From Hypanus sabinus (lineage: Eukaryota): a stretch of DNA of 64,000 nt. Each line of letters begins with the position of its first letter. Position 1 is the stretch's first letter. Location: assembly GCF_030144855.1 (NCBI RefSeq), contig NC_082736.1, positions 9,300,001-9,364,000 of the forward strand, in the 5' to 3' direction. The notes beneath the pieces are model-generated. The model saw nothing but the letters and a program-made list of their open reading frames with translations, ran no database searches and had not been told where the DNA came from. The position numbers were made by a program, and so were the translations under genes. Below, one piece after another: positions 36,470 to 48,358 of the stretch.

Positions 36470-36612
36470 GCTGCTGATTGGTGGTTCTTCGATTCGGACG
36501 TTTCTTCGATTGGCAGTTCTTCGATTGGGACGTTTCTCTTCACCAATGAGAATAAGCAGGAGCACACCAATCACCAACATCAGTTTCTATTCTCAAAGAA
36601 GGTATTAAAAGG
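36470..36612 (+). promoter_or_regulatory. H2A promoter
   Basis: Five ATTGG/CCAAT boxes (partly from a TTCTTCGATT triplication) and TATTAAAA at 36603. Confidence 0.7.
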
Positions 36613-36679
36613 GCGAGTTGGAGCGGGGTGAGCATTCCTTTATTCTCTTTTGAAGTTAGCAGTTGCTGTGACTGTGGAA

Positions 36680-36772
36680 ATGTCTGGACGTGGTAAAGGC
36701 AGCGCTGGCAAAGCTCGGTCCAAGGCCAAATCTCGCTCGTCTCGGGCTGGACTGCAGTTCCCGGTCGGCCGA
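36680..36772 (+). pseudogene. H2A: Histone H2A pseudogene, only the first 31 codons
   Basis: [31 protein letters not shown], then unrelated sequence; no stem-loop. Confidence 0.9.
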
Positions 36773-36859
36773 TTTGCAGCCGGCAGGAACATCACCTGTT
36801 CGTTGCTTCATGAGCGATTCCCATCGCCTCACAGAACAATATTTGCGACTTTCATTTCA

Positions 36860-37170
36860 AAATCAGGTTTATTATCACCGGCATGTGACGCGAAATTTGT
36901 TAACTTATCAGCAGCAGTTCAATGCAATACATAATCTAGTAGAGAGAGAAAAATAATAGTAAATAAAACATAAATACACATGTATATTGAATAGATTTTT
37001 TTAAATGTGCAAACACAGAAATACTACAAATTAATGAACGCTGCGTTGATGTGACTCCACTCCCTACAGATGTCCTGAGTACTAACAGCAGCTTATTTCG
37101 GTCCTGTGCAGTAGCCCCTCCATACCAGACAGAGATGCAGCCTGTCAGAATGCTCTCCGCGGTACGGCTA
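36860..37170 (-). mobile_element. Rex1-type LINE 3' fragment
   Basis: ESILTGCISVWYG motif and tail. Confidence 0.7.
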
Positions 37171-38749
37171 TAGAGTCTACAAAGGTACATTTACCCTGTG
37201 AAACTGACGGTATCAATTGAAAAAAAAAATCGTCCACCACGGCCTCTGAATATAAATGAACAGTTTGCGAAAGCAACGGTCAGTTTGGTCAGATCTCCCG
37301 AGAGGCTCCCTCTGTGAGGCCGTGGGTCGTCTGAGATCAGACTTTGGTTTGTGCAGGGTGGGTGGATCGAGTTCTTCAGCACCGTAGTACCAGTCACTTC
37401 TCTACAAATTCCTGTCTGTCTACTACTTCCCTAAATACCCCTGTGCTCTCTGCCTCTGCCACCACCCCTGACAGTGCATTCCAAGTCCCCATTACTCTCT
37501 TTCCTTCACTTTCTTCCTCCGATCTTAAACACATGCCTTCTAGTAGAAGACATTTCACTCCTGTAAAAAATATTACTGGCTGTCTACACTAACTATGACA
37601 AGCAGGCTTTTATAATCTTCTATAAAATTTCTCCTGAGCCAATGCCATCAGATGAGAAGGTTCCAGCATGTCCACCCTCTCCTCACCACACACCTCCTCC
37701 AGACATCCTGGTAAACCCCCTCTGCCCCTGCTCCTGCACCTCCACATGCTTCCCATAATGAGGAGACCAGAACTGAACACTGTACTCTCACTGTGGCCTA
37801 GCCAGCATTTTGTAAACCTGTAACATTATATCCTGGTGTTTGAACTCAATGCCTTGTCTGATGAAGGCAAACATGCCATACACCGACATTTCCTCCTTGT
37901 CAACCTGTGCTCACAGTCAATCTCAACATCCTTCTCTTTGCCAATACTATTCATGTTCCTACCATTAACTGTGTACCCACCCTTAATGTTGGATCTCCCA
38001 AAGTGCACCCCGGGTATCCTTTTTCACCACAATGAATGTACAGAATGCAATGGGATTATCTATAATCCTACTCGCCAGAGATTTTTCATCCCTGTTTCTA
38101 GCTCTCTAAATGTTCTTGAGTTCCCTCCTGTTTTCTAAATATAGTCCTCAAACACCCTGGTTGATTCCACTTCCTAAGCCTTACATACGTTTCTCACTCT
38201 TCACTGACAAAATGTGCTTCCTCTCTCATCATCCAAGGTTCCTGAACCTTGCCATCCTGGACCCTCCCTCTTACTGGAACAAACTGGCCCTGAAACACTG
38301 TGCAGCTGATCTTTAAACAAACTCATGTCAGATGTGTATTTGTCTCAAAATCAATCCTTACAGTGTTAAGCATCAAACTTAGCTTCAATCTCTCCATTCA
38401 GTGATTGGTGTTCTGGTTTACATCCCCGTCAATCTAATTTCAACCCTCTCAGGGAGCAGCAATAAACCTCATGATACAGACCCCCCTCCAGTGAAGGTGC
38501 AAACCATCCCTCTTGTAAATGTCACCTCTGGACTAGAAGAGGTTCCAATGTTCTGGAATCCTGAAATCCTGTCCCTGGACCAGCACCTCAGCCACACATT
38601 CATCTGCTCTAACTTTCTGTCCCTAACACCACTACCACACAGCATGGGCAGTAAGCGGGTGATTACAACCTTTCAGATCCTGCCCATCAAATTGTTCCCT
38701 GACTCTCTATATTCACTCTGGGACCTCATCCCCTTTCAGTGCCCCAGAC

Positions 38750-39380
38750 GGTCCTTTCAGCAGAGGCAACACTTCACCTGTGTGTCTGCTGGAGTTGTCT
38801 ATTGCATTCGGCGCTCCCAGTGCGGCCTCGTCTACATCAGCAAGACCCAATGCAGATTGGGGGACTGCTTCGTCGAGCAGCTCCGTTCCGTCAGCCAGAA
38901 TAGACAGGACCTCCCGGTTGCCACCCACTTCAACTCTGCCTCTCATTCCCCTCAAGATATGTCCATACATGGCCTCCGTTACTATCATGATGAGGCCAAA
39001 CTCAGGTTGGAGGACCAACACCTCATCCACCATCAGGGTAGCCTCCAGCCTGGTGATATGAACATTGAATTCTCCAATTTCCGGTAATTCCCTCCCCCTT
39101 CCCCTATCCCAGGTCGCTCCCTGCCTCTCTCCCCTTTCCCCTTTCCACTTTCTGCTTTCTATTTTCCTTTCTGCTTATCCCCTCCCCCCTTATCTCAGAG
39201 GAGATAAGGTTTTCCACCTGGTGCCTCTAGGCCCTACCCCCACCTCTATCTCTATTACTCGGCTTCGGCCCTCTCTTCCCCCCATTCCTGATGAAGGATC
39301 ACGGCCCGAAACGTTGGCTATTTTCTCACAGATGCTGCCTGACCTGCTGAGTTATTCCAGCGTTGTGCGCGTATTCTCTC
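38750..39380 (+). mobile_element. Penelope-like element 3' end (GIY-YIG endonuclease plus terminal repeat)
   Basis: FTCVSAGVVYCIR.SQCGLVYI..T..RLGD.F.E.LRSV..LPVATHFNS..LEDQHLI..MNIEFSNFR; hammerhead-like core at 39288-39315. Confidence 0.85.
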
Positions 39381-39469
39381 ATCCGTTTTCTACCTTTCCA
39401 CTGGAGCCGACATGAGCCATTGTTCAGCAGCTGCTCTGAGACGTCCCTGACACTCAGTTATACAATTTA

Positions 39470-40195
39470 CAAAACTTTTTGAAACCATCTATAAAAGTGT
39501 TTAGGAGAGGAAAAAGATCAAATAAGAAGGTAAGCTAGCCATTAATATTAAAGAGGATACAAAAAGTTACTTCAGATATACAAAGTGTAAATGAGAGGCA
39601 AAAGTCAATATTAGTTCTTTGGAAGATGATGCTGAAGAGGTAGTAATGGGGTACAGGGAAGTGGCAGAGAAGCTGAATAAGTATTGTGCTTCAATCTTCA
39701 CTGGAGAAGACACTGGCAGTCTGCTGGAAATTCAGGAGAATCAGGGGGCAGAAATGAGTGAATTAGCCTTTACTGGAAGATATGAAGGTAGATAAATCAG
39801 CTGGAACAGATTTTCTACACCAGTGCTATGAAAGAGGTGACTGAAGAGATTAGTAATAATCTTTCCATAATCCCTGGATTCTGGCGTGGTTTCGGAGAAC
39901 AGGAATATTGCTAACATCATTCCACTCTTGAAGAAGGGAGGAGGGCAGAAGAAAGGAGGCCAGTTAGTGTGACTTCAGTGGTTGAGAAGATGATGGACTC
40001 GATTGTTAAGGATGTATTTTCGGGCTACTTGGCAACACATGATAAAATAGGACAAAGTCAGCATGGTTTCCTTTAGGGGATATCCTGCTTCTTGAGTGTG
40101 TTGAAATTCCTTGAAAAAATAAGCAGGATAGACAAAGAGAATCAATGGATGGGTGTGTGTTATGCAATTGGATTTTTAGAAATCTCTCTAGCTTT
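39470..40195 (+). mobile_element. Degenerate CR1 LINE ORF2 fragment
   Basis: AEKLNKY..SIFT, PLLKKGGR, QSQHGF remnants. Confidence 0.75.
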
Positions 40196-40317
40196 TTATT
40201 TCACAAATTGCTGGAGGAATCAGCAGGTCAGGTAGCATCTATGGGGAAAAAGAGTACAGTCGACGTTTCGAGCCGAGACCCTTCAGCAGTCCTGCATTTC
40301 TTTCCCATACATGCTGA

Positions 40318-41029
40318 CCCATACATCGTGACCCCTGTTTCCATCCAAGGGGTCAGTGTGGACAGGGTGGAGGATTACAAATACTTGGGGATATGAATTG
40401 ACAATAAACTGGACTGGCCAAAGAACACTGATGTTGTCTACAAGATGGGTCAGAGCTGTCTCTACTTCCTGAGGAGACCGAGGTCCTTTAACATCTGCCA
40501 GATGATGCTGAGGATGTTCTACGAGTCTGTGGTGGCCAGTGCTATCATGTTTGCTGTTGTGTGCTGGGGCAGCAGGCTGAGGGTAGCAGACAACAACAGA
40601 AACAACAAACTCATTCGTATGGCCAGTGATGTTGTGGGGGTGCAACTGGATTTTCTGACGGAGGTGTCTGCAAAGAGGATGCTGTCCAAGTTTCATGCCA
40701 TCTTGAACAAAGTCTCCCATCCACTTCATAATGTACTGGTTAGTCACAGGAGTACGTTCAGCCAGAGATTCATTCCACCAAGATGCAACATTGAGCGTCA
40801 TAGGAAGTGATTCCTGCCTGTGCCCATCAAACTTTCCAACTCTTCCCTCGGAGTGTCAGACGCCCTGAGCCAATTGGCTGGTCCTGGACTTATTTCCACT
40901 TGGAATAATTTACTTATTATTTAATTATTTATGGTTTTATATTGCTATATTTCTACACTATTCTTCGTTGGTGCGACTGTAAGTAAACCCAATTTCCCTC
41001 TGGATCAATAAAGTATGCCTGTCTGTCTG
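40318..41029 (+). mobile_element. Rex1-type LINE 3' end inserted into a Penelope terminal-repeat hairpin
   Basis: VEDYKYLG, LYFLRR.RSFNIC..ML.MFYESVVAS; AATAAA plus (CTGT)n tail; Penelope repeat continues on both sides. Confidence 0.85.
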
Positions 41030-41239
41030 GCCTGCTGAGTTCCTCCAGCATTTTCTGTGTGTAGTTTGGATTTCCAGCATCTGCAGACTCTCTCTTGTTT
41101 GTAGCATTATATCTCGCTCTCTTTCTTTTTTCGTACATCTTTATTGTTTTCCTGTACAGTAAGTTCTTTTTCCCTTTCCCAGTTATAGATTTAACACTGA
41201 AATGTCTCGCCGTGCAGTCACTGTCCGCCGTTGCTCCTG

Positions 41240-41600
41240 TGATTGACAAGTACATTGCTCCTCCTCCCGGGCTGCGGCCACGATATCATGTGATGAGCAT
41301 CCCTTTCGCTGCCCTGATGTCACAGAGTCAGAGGGCCTTCGGAACGTCGTTGCCTTAGAAACAGGCCCAAGTCTCCACGTAGAAGGATCCTGGGTTGGAA
41401 GTGGAGAAAAGGCTTTCACCCGGACGGGCCTTTTTCATGAAGGGCTCAGTGATTTATTTGCAATATTTGCGGGTGACCGGCGGCTACTCTGATTGACAGC
41501 ACGCACCCCCCCACTTCGGCCCGCAGCCTCCCGTCTCGTTGCATGTGATGTCACATTGACGCACCTGTTTCCTCAGCAGCGGGCGCGGGAATGTGGCAAG
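41240..41600 (+). promoter_or_regulatory. Two tandem copies of the orphan promoter-like module
   Basis: TGATTGACA 41240 and 41490; TCATGTGA 41286; TGATGTCA 41315 and 41546; X-box-like GTTGCCTTAGAAAC 41349 and GTTTCCTCAGCAGC 41567; CpG-rich. Confidence 0.5.
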
Positions 41601-42764
41601 GCCCCGCGGAGGGGGGAGGGGGAGCGCCTTGGGCCCGGGGGTCTGTGCTTGTTCAACTTCGCCTCATAACTGAAACTGTCCTTCCTGTGATGTGGCAACC
41701 GGCTCTGATCGCAAGATTTTAAAATGTTTCTGATGTGTCCGCCACAATCACTGGTAGTTTATTCAAAATACACAGCACCATCTGCCCATTATGCCTGATC
41801 TGAAATAGCTGCCTTGTTTTTATCAGCCATTTCCTGTGAAAAAGACTACGTGCTTTTACCTTGTCTATGCTCCTCATGATCTACATACCTCTACCAGGAT
41901 CATTTCTGAATCTGCTCTGCTCCAGGGAATAAATGCTAGTCTATACAACCTGTCCTTGTAACTCAGACTCGCCAGGACGAAGCAAACATCTGCTATTTTT
42001 TTCTCTCTGCACTCTCTCTAGTTTAAGAACAGTTTCCCATCAACACTATACACAATATCCCCCGTCAGTCCTCACCAAAGACTTTTATATTTACAACATA
42101 TCATCTCAAACCAAAAAAAAATCTTCTCAACTCTTATACTCTGCAATGACTGAAGAAGGCCAGCAGGTCAAAGACCATATCTCGCTGAAATATCGCTTTC
42201 AGTGAACTGTGCATTCACTTGGACATTGTTTCTATAAATTACTAACAAAAAGGTCCCAGCACCTAGTGGCACACAACTAGACAGAGACCTCTAGTTTGAG
42301 GCACAGCCCTCAACCGTCAGCCTCTGCTTCCTGTCACTGAGGCAATTATGAAACCAATCAACCATCTCCCCTGGATTCCATCTCTCAGATTTAACCTCCC
42401 AGACCAGAGTCAAAGGCCTGTCTACTGTCCACTGAGGCAACATCCACAACTAACCTCATCTACGCCCTTGGGCAAGATAATTGTCAGATATGATTTCCCT
42501 TGCACAAAACTGTGCTGTCTGTCTTGAATCAGACCAAATGTTGGTAGATCCTGTTTCTCAAAACCTCCTCCAACAAATTACCCAACACTGATATCAGACT
42601 GTTGGGCCAGTAGTTTCCTGACTAGTTTCCTGGCACTGCATTAAAACAAAAGACCTTAAGTTATTGGAGCAGGATTGGGTCTTTTGGCTCATCCAGTCTG
42701 TTCCATTATTCCATCATGCCTGATTTATTATCCATCCCAACACCATTCTCTGGCCTTTTCCCCA

Positions 42765-44545
42765 TAAACATGCAGGTGGACTGGGAGAATCAGGTAGGTG
42801 CTGGACCCCAGGATAGGGAGTTTGTGGAGTGTATAAGGGATGTATTTTTGGAACAGCTTGTGCTTGAGACAACCAGGAACGAGGCTATTTTGTACTTGGT
42901 GATGTGTAATGAACAGGAATTGATAAGTGATCTTGAAGTAAAGGAGCCATTAGGAAGTAGTGATCATAACATGATAAGTTTTTATCTACAATTTGAGAGG
43001 GATAGGGACAGATCAGAGGTGTCAGTGTTGCAATTAAATAAAGGAGACTACGGAGCCATGAGGGAAGAGCTGGCCAAAGTTAAATGGGCGGATGGCCTGG
43101 CAGGAAAGACAGTGGATCAGCAGTGGCAGATATTCTTGGGCTTAATACAAAAGATGCAAATGCAGTTCATTCCAATGAGAAGGAAGGATTCAAAGAGGGG
43201 GAACGGGCCACAGTGGTTGACAAAGGAAGTCAGAGATTGTATAGCATTAAAGAAAAAGAAGTATGACAGGGCTAAGATGAGTGGGAATACAGATGATTGG
43301 GAAAGTTTTAAGGAACAGCAAGATCTTAACTAAAAAAGCAATACGGAGAGAAAAAAATCAGGTATGAGCTCAGTCTAGCCAGGAATATAAAAGGGGATAG
43401 CAAAAGCTTTTTTAGCTATGTGAAGAGAAAGAAGAAAGTTAAGAACAATGTTGGCCCCTTGAAGAATGAATTGGGAGAAATTGTTATGGGAAACAGGGAA
43501 ATGGCAACAGAATTTAATGCATACTTTAGATCTGTCTTCACCAGGGAGGACACAAGCAATCTCCCAGATGTATGGATGGGCCAGGGTCATAAGATATCAG
43601 AGGAATTGAGACAGATTGACATTAGGAAAGAAACTGTGATGAGTAGACTGGTAGGACTGAAGGCTAATAATTCCCCGGGTCCGGATGGTCTTCATCCGAG
43701 GGTTCTAAAAGAGGTGGCTCAGGAAATTGCGGATGCATTGGTAATCATTTTCCAATGTTCCTTAGATTCAGGATCAGTTCCTGAAGATTGGAGAGTGGCT
43801 AATGTTGTCCCACTTTTCAAGAAGGGAGGGAAGGGGAAAACGGAGAACTATCGCCCTGTTAGCCTAACGTCAGTCGTGGGGAAGATGCTTGAGTCCATTA
43901 TTAAGGACGAAATAGTGGCACATCTAGATGGCAGAAATAGGATTAGGCCGAGCCAGCATGGATTTACCAAGGGCAAATCATGCTTGACTAATCTGTTGGA
44001 GTTTTTTGAGGGTGTAACAAGGATGTTAGACGAGGGTAAGCCAGTGGATGTTGTGTACCTAGATTTTCAGAAGGCATTCGATAAGGTGCCACATAGGGGA
44101 TTGGTGAGGAAAATCAGAGCTCATGGCATTGAGGGCAGGGTTTCAACATGGATAGAAAACTGGTTGGCAGATAAAAAGCAAAGGGTAGCAGTGAATGGGT
44201 GTTTCTCTGACTGGCTGGAGGTGACTAGTGGGGTACCACAGGGCTCTGTATTGGGACCACAGCTCTTTACGATTTATGTCAATGATTTAGATGAGGGCAT
44301 TGAAATCTATATCAGCAAGTTTGTTGACGATACTAAACTGGGTGGCAGTGTGACATGCAAAGAGGACGTTAGGAGAATACAGGGAGACTTGGATAGGCTG
44401 AGTGAGTGGGCAGATACTTGACAGATGCCATTCAATGTGAATAAATGTGAAGTTATCCACTTTGGAAGCTGGAACATGAGGGCAGAGTATTGTCTGAACG
44501 GTGTCGAGTTACGTAAGGGAGAAATGCAAAGAGACCTAGGATGGG
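42765..44545 (+). mobile_element. Relatively young CR1 LINE ORF2 segment (APE end to RT)
   Basis: EPLGSSDHNMI, SPGPDGLHPRVLKE, NYRPVSLTS, LDFQKAFDKV, GVPQGSVLGP, KFVDDTKL; few stops. Confidence 0.92.
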
Positions 44546-45651
44546 ATTACACTGCTCGCCTCCCGATAGGCTGAGATATTGTGGAGCAGACATGTTGGTA
44601 AATCACACAGAGGTGCAATGGGAACATGCTTACATCAGACGGGCATTTTGACATCCCCAGCATTAAGCAGATTACCTTTGTATGAAAAGCTTCAGTTTCC
44701 AGGAGTAATTTGGCTGATGCAGGATCAGTTCATCCCTCAGCAGAAAAAAATGTTTGAAAGGGAAAATGAGGCAACCATCACCAACAACGGAAGACAAAGG
44801 CAGCATAAAATAACATGAGAGAGCAAAGAATATCACAAAAGTTAGTGGGAAGCTAAATGATTAGGGAACTTAAAAAGAACAGAAGGTAACTAAAATAGTA
44901 ATATGGAGAGTACAGATGAATTATTATAGTAACTGGCCAATAGTATAAAGGAAGATACAAGATTTTTTTCAGACATTTAAAGAGTAAAAGAGAGGCAAGA
45001 CTGGATCAAGATTCAGGTTTCCCATTCTCACCTTCAGAATCACATCACTCCCTGATCCTCTTTTACACTGTTTAGTTTATTCTGTATGTCTTACTTAACC
45101 CGTCAATCTTGATCATTTAGTGAAGAGGACCACAGCGTGGCAAATGCACTTAAATACAGATAAATATGAGGCACTGCACCTTGCAATGTCAAACCAGTGT
45201 AGAACTTACAGTATGAATGATCGGTCATTAGGGAGTGTAATGGACCTGAGAGATTTAGGGTTAAATCTCTCACACACAGTTCATTGAAAGCGGTGTCACT
45301 GGTAGACAGGGTGGTGAAGAACGGGGTTTAACATGCTGGTCTTCATTAGCCAGGGGACTGAGTATATCAGTTGGGACATTATGTTACAGTTGTGTAAGTG
45401 ACTGGAGGCCACACTTATCGTTTTGTGTACAGCTCTTGTCACCGTTTTAGGAAACTGGGTTAAATTTTGGAGAGTATAGAAAAGATTTCCAAGGAGGTTC
45501 TCAGTTATACAGACAGGTTGGTCAGACAATGTCCGTTGTCCTTTATTCTTTGGAATCAGAATCTTTTATCAACGTGTTATATGACAATGAATCTGTCATT
45601 TTATTTTGACTGCAGTACAATGCGATGAAGGTGCAGATGTGAACAGTGTAT

Positions 45652-46462
45652 TGTTATGAATGTACCACAGCTCTGAGGGGCCGAAGGAGCGGGAGCAGCC
45701 TCCTCCTTCCGGAGAATCGCAAGATCGCTATTAATTCGGGACTCGGACCCAGGAAGTGAGAGACAATCCAACGGTTTTGGCCATTGTTCTTAGAGGCACC
45801 TGCGTGACGTGCATGTCCCTGCTACGTGACAGCTACCATGGATATGGATACCCTCGGGCAATGTGGGGCTGGGGATTGCATCACCCTACTTTGATGGACA
45901 TCTACAACTCTGCAAGTCAAGATAAAAGGGGACTGCAGGAGGGAGTACCCCAGCGACGCACCAGAAGGACACCCTCGCTCAGTGCTCCCGTAATAGCTGG
46001 AAGCCACTCAACGCCACTTGCGCTCCTAACTCCTTTGCCTGTGGAGCGGGTGGCTGATAATACCGAGAAGGACTTCGAAGTAACAACGGGGAAACAACGT
46101 TCCCCTGATTTTACGGAGGGGCTTTATAAAGTCCCGGGCAAGTTTTTTTTTCGTTTTTCACCGATCCCTCTAAAACACCTGAAACCCAACGATTCCCCGA
46201 AAGGCAGACTTCTGAGTGACTTTTATATTTCCAACGGACAATATATTATCCCCTAGACAACAGTCGAGATTACTTCTTAATGATGATTATTACTATACCC
46301 GTGCATTACATTGAGTATTGACGACGTGCATTATCTGAATGTTTGTATTAACCTTACTTTTTTGCCCATTTATAAATAAAAACGTTTGAAAATAGTGACA
46401 TCAGACTTCAACGGACCTCTCTATCTTTGCTGGTAAGTTATCCAGTTACGGGATACGTAACA
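45652..46462 (+). mobile_element. Solo LTR related to the Gmr1-like element at 6.5 kb
   Basis: TGTTAT...CGTAACA; 4-bp TSD GTAT (45648-45651 and 46463-46466); shared 3' block AGACTTCAACGGACCTCTCTAT.TTTGCTGGTAAG. Confidence 0.88.
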
Positions 46463-46555
46463 GTATCAGCATAACGTGAAGAGATTCTGGGAATCGCGAA
46501 CAACGCGGACAAAATGCTGGAGAAACCCAACAAGTCAGGCAGCATCTCCCACCAG

Positions 46556-46591
46556 AGTCCTGAGGAAGGGTCTCAGCCCGAAATGTCGGCT
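46556..46591 (+). ncRNA. Minimal type I hammerhead ribozyme motif within a Penelope terminal-repeat hairpin
   Basis: AGTC-CTGAGGA-A-GGGT CTCA GCCC-GAAA-TG-TC-GGCT: CUGANGA core, stem II, GAAA, UH site, short stem I. Confidence 0.6.
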
Positions 46592-46700
46592 GCTTATTCC
46601 CACCATTGATGCTGCCTGACTTGATGATTTCCGCCAGCATTGAGTGTGTATTGTGTCAGAGAGTGTGAGTTAAATGAGCGGCGGCTTAAACCAGTGTCAC

Positions 46701-47127
46701 TGTGTTTGTGGGTCCGAACACATCGTAGAATTTCTCAGCGCCTCCTGTAGAAAATGAAAAGATTTTTTTGTTATGGAAGCGGCCCACTCCCCGGCTCAGT
46801 CCCGAAGAGGGAATTAACCGCAAAGTTTTAATTAGTTTAAATAATTCAGCCGCAAAGCAGAGAACAGGTCACCGATCGGGAGAAAGTACGCGGGCAATGC
46901 AGTAACGAAACGGGTTAAAATAGAAAGCGCTGCCTTTAATCACGATTAAACTTTCTTTCCAGCGAACATTTTGGCCTCAGTGACAGACAGGGACTAGTCC
47001 GAGTTTCCGCCGCGTCCGATTTGAACTGGAATCGGCGAGTTTTTGAGGAGAGAGAAACACAGAAAAATGAAGCTGCCGGGAGCTGCCAGCAGGATGTCTC
47101 CGCCCCGTCCGCTCGCTGTCTTTAAAT
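46701..47127 (+). promoter_or_regulatory. Histone H1 promoter (TG box, H1 box, GC box, TATA)
   Basis: TGTGTTT 46701, AAACACA 47055, CCGCCC 47100, TTTAAAT 47121. Confidence 0.8.
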
Positions 47128-47202
47128 TGCTCTGTGCCGCCACCTTTCGCTTCATTTCTCATTCAGTTCTGATTGTGAGAAGGATTTACCAGAGTCGCCG
47201 AC

Positions 47203-47804
47203 ATGACTGAGACAGCACCCGCCGAAACGGCTCCTCCAGCCGCACCCGCCGCCGCAAAGAAGACTCCCAAGAAGAAGGCGGCTGCCCGGAGCAACCAACC
47301 GGTCCCACGCTGAGCGAACAGATCGATAAGATCGTGGCGGGTTGTCGCGATAGGAAGGGTATGTCCTACGCTGCCATCATTAAGACTCTGGTTGACAGCG
47401 GTGTCGATGTGGTGAAACGTCGCCACCAGATCAAGATGAGCATCAAGAGGAAACTGGAAAGCGGCTCCTTGGTTCAGGCCAAGGGCTCGGGTATTTCGGG
47501 ATCCTTTAAATCCGGTAAAGGGAAAAGTGCCGTGAAGGTGGTGAAGAAAGCGAAGAAGCCATCGGCAAAGAAATCTGCAAACAAGAAATCTCCCAGCAAG
47601 AAGCTTGGCGCCAAGAAACCAGCGGCTAAAAAAGTGGGAGCTAAGAAACCAGCGGCTAAGAAAGTGGCAGCAAATAAACCCGCGGCTAAGAAAGCGGCGC
47701 CGAAGCCCAAGAGCCCCAAGAAAGCCGCAGCCCCGAAGACGAAGGCGGCCAAGAAGCCGAAGTCGAAATCCGCGAAACCCAAGAAGACAGCAGTCAAAAA
47801 GTGA
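47203..47804 (+). pseudogene. H1: Histone H1 with a 1-nt frameshift near 47293
   Basis: MTETAPAETAPPAAP.. then a globular domain (..LVQAKGSGISGSFK) and K/A/P-rich tail in another frame; 602 nt ATG to stop; stem-loop GACTCTTCTCAGAGCC 47842-47857; HDE AAAAGAGCTG 47871. Confidence 0.9.
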
Positions 47805-48358
47805 ATTGAGAATACACCATTTGTAACTATCTGAACCCAACGACTCTTCTCAGAGCCACCCACATCTCAGAAAAGAGCTGATTCAAAGTGTTGTGATTCC
47901 CGTCCCGGGTCTGACTGAGCTTTCCGCGGGAACTTCTCACATAGAACCGGAGATTGACGGTACCTGACATATGGTGCGGCCGTTCCGTCTCTGTGTCTGA
48001 AATAAGACACGGATGCCCGAGTTGAGATTGAGAGATATGGCATGTGGGCAGTTTCAGGCCAAATTCCTTCTCCGATGCCGGGAGAGAGTGACTGAGACAT
48101 TGACACCAGCGGAGATTCAGCTGAGTTGATTGGGAACTGCTGAAACCTACGCGAGAGGGGAGGGGGCGTGTTGAGAGAGGGATCCGTCTCTGGGGACGGA
48201 CTGCAGCGGGAGGATATATATGAGGATATATATATACCCGGTAGCATTGTGGACTGACCTTCATTCAGGTCCCAGCTACAAAACTACTGTTTATTTACAC
48301 AAAATAACAACACCAAACATGTACAATATTTGGCAGCCCTTTCCTTTGCCGTGGTAGT

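Noticed and set aside
38401-39087. 228-aa ORF as a host nuclease gene
   Set aside because: Chance fusion of antisense CR1 debris with a Penelope GIY-YIG fragment carrying degenerate motif residues
40255-40295. Minus-strand hammerhead as an active ribozyme
   Set aside because: Core reads CUGCUGA and the 5' strand of stem I is lost; the copies at 1550, 21200, 31030 and 55775 are also broken
47163-47863. 225-aa and 129-aa minus-strand ORFs
   Set aside because: Antisense shadows of the Lys/Ala-rich H1 coding sequence
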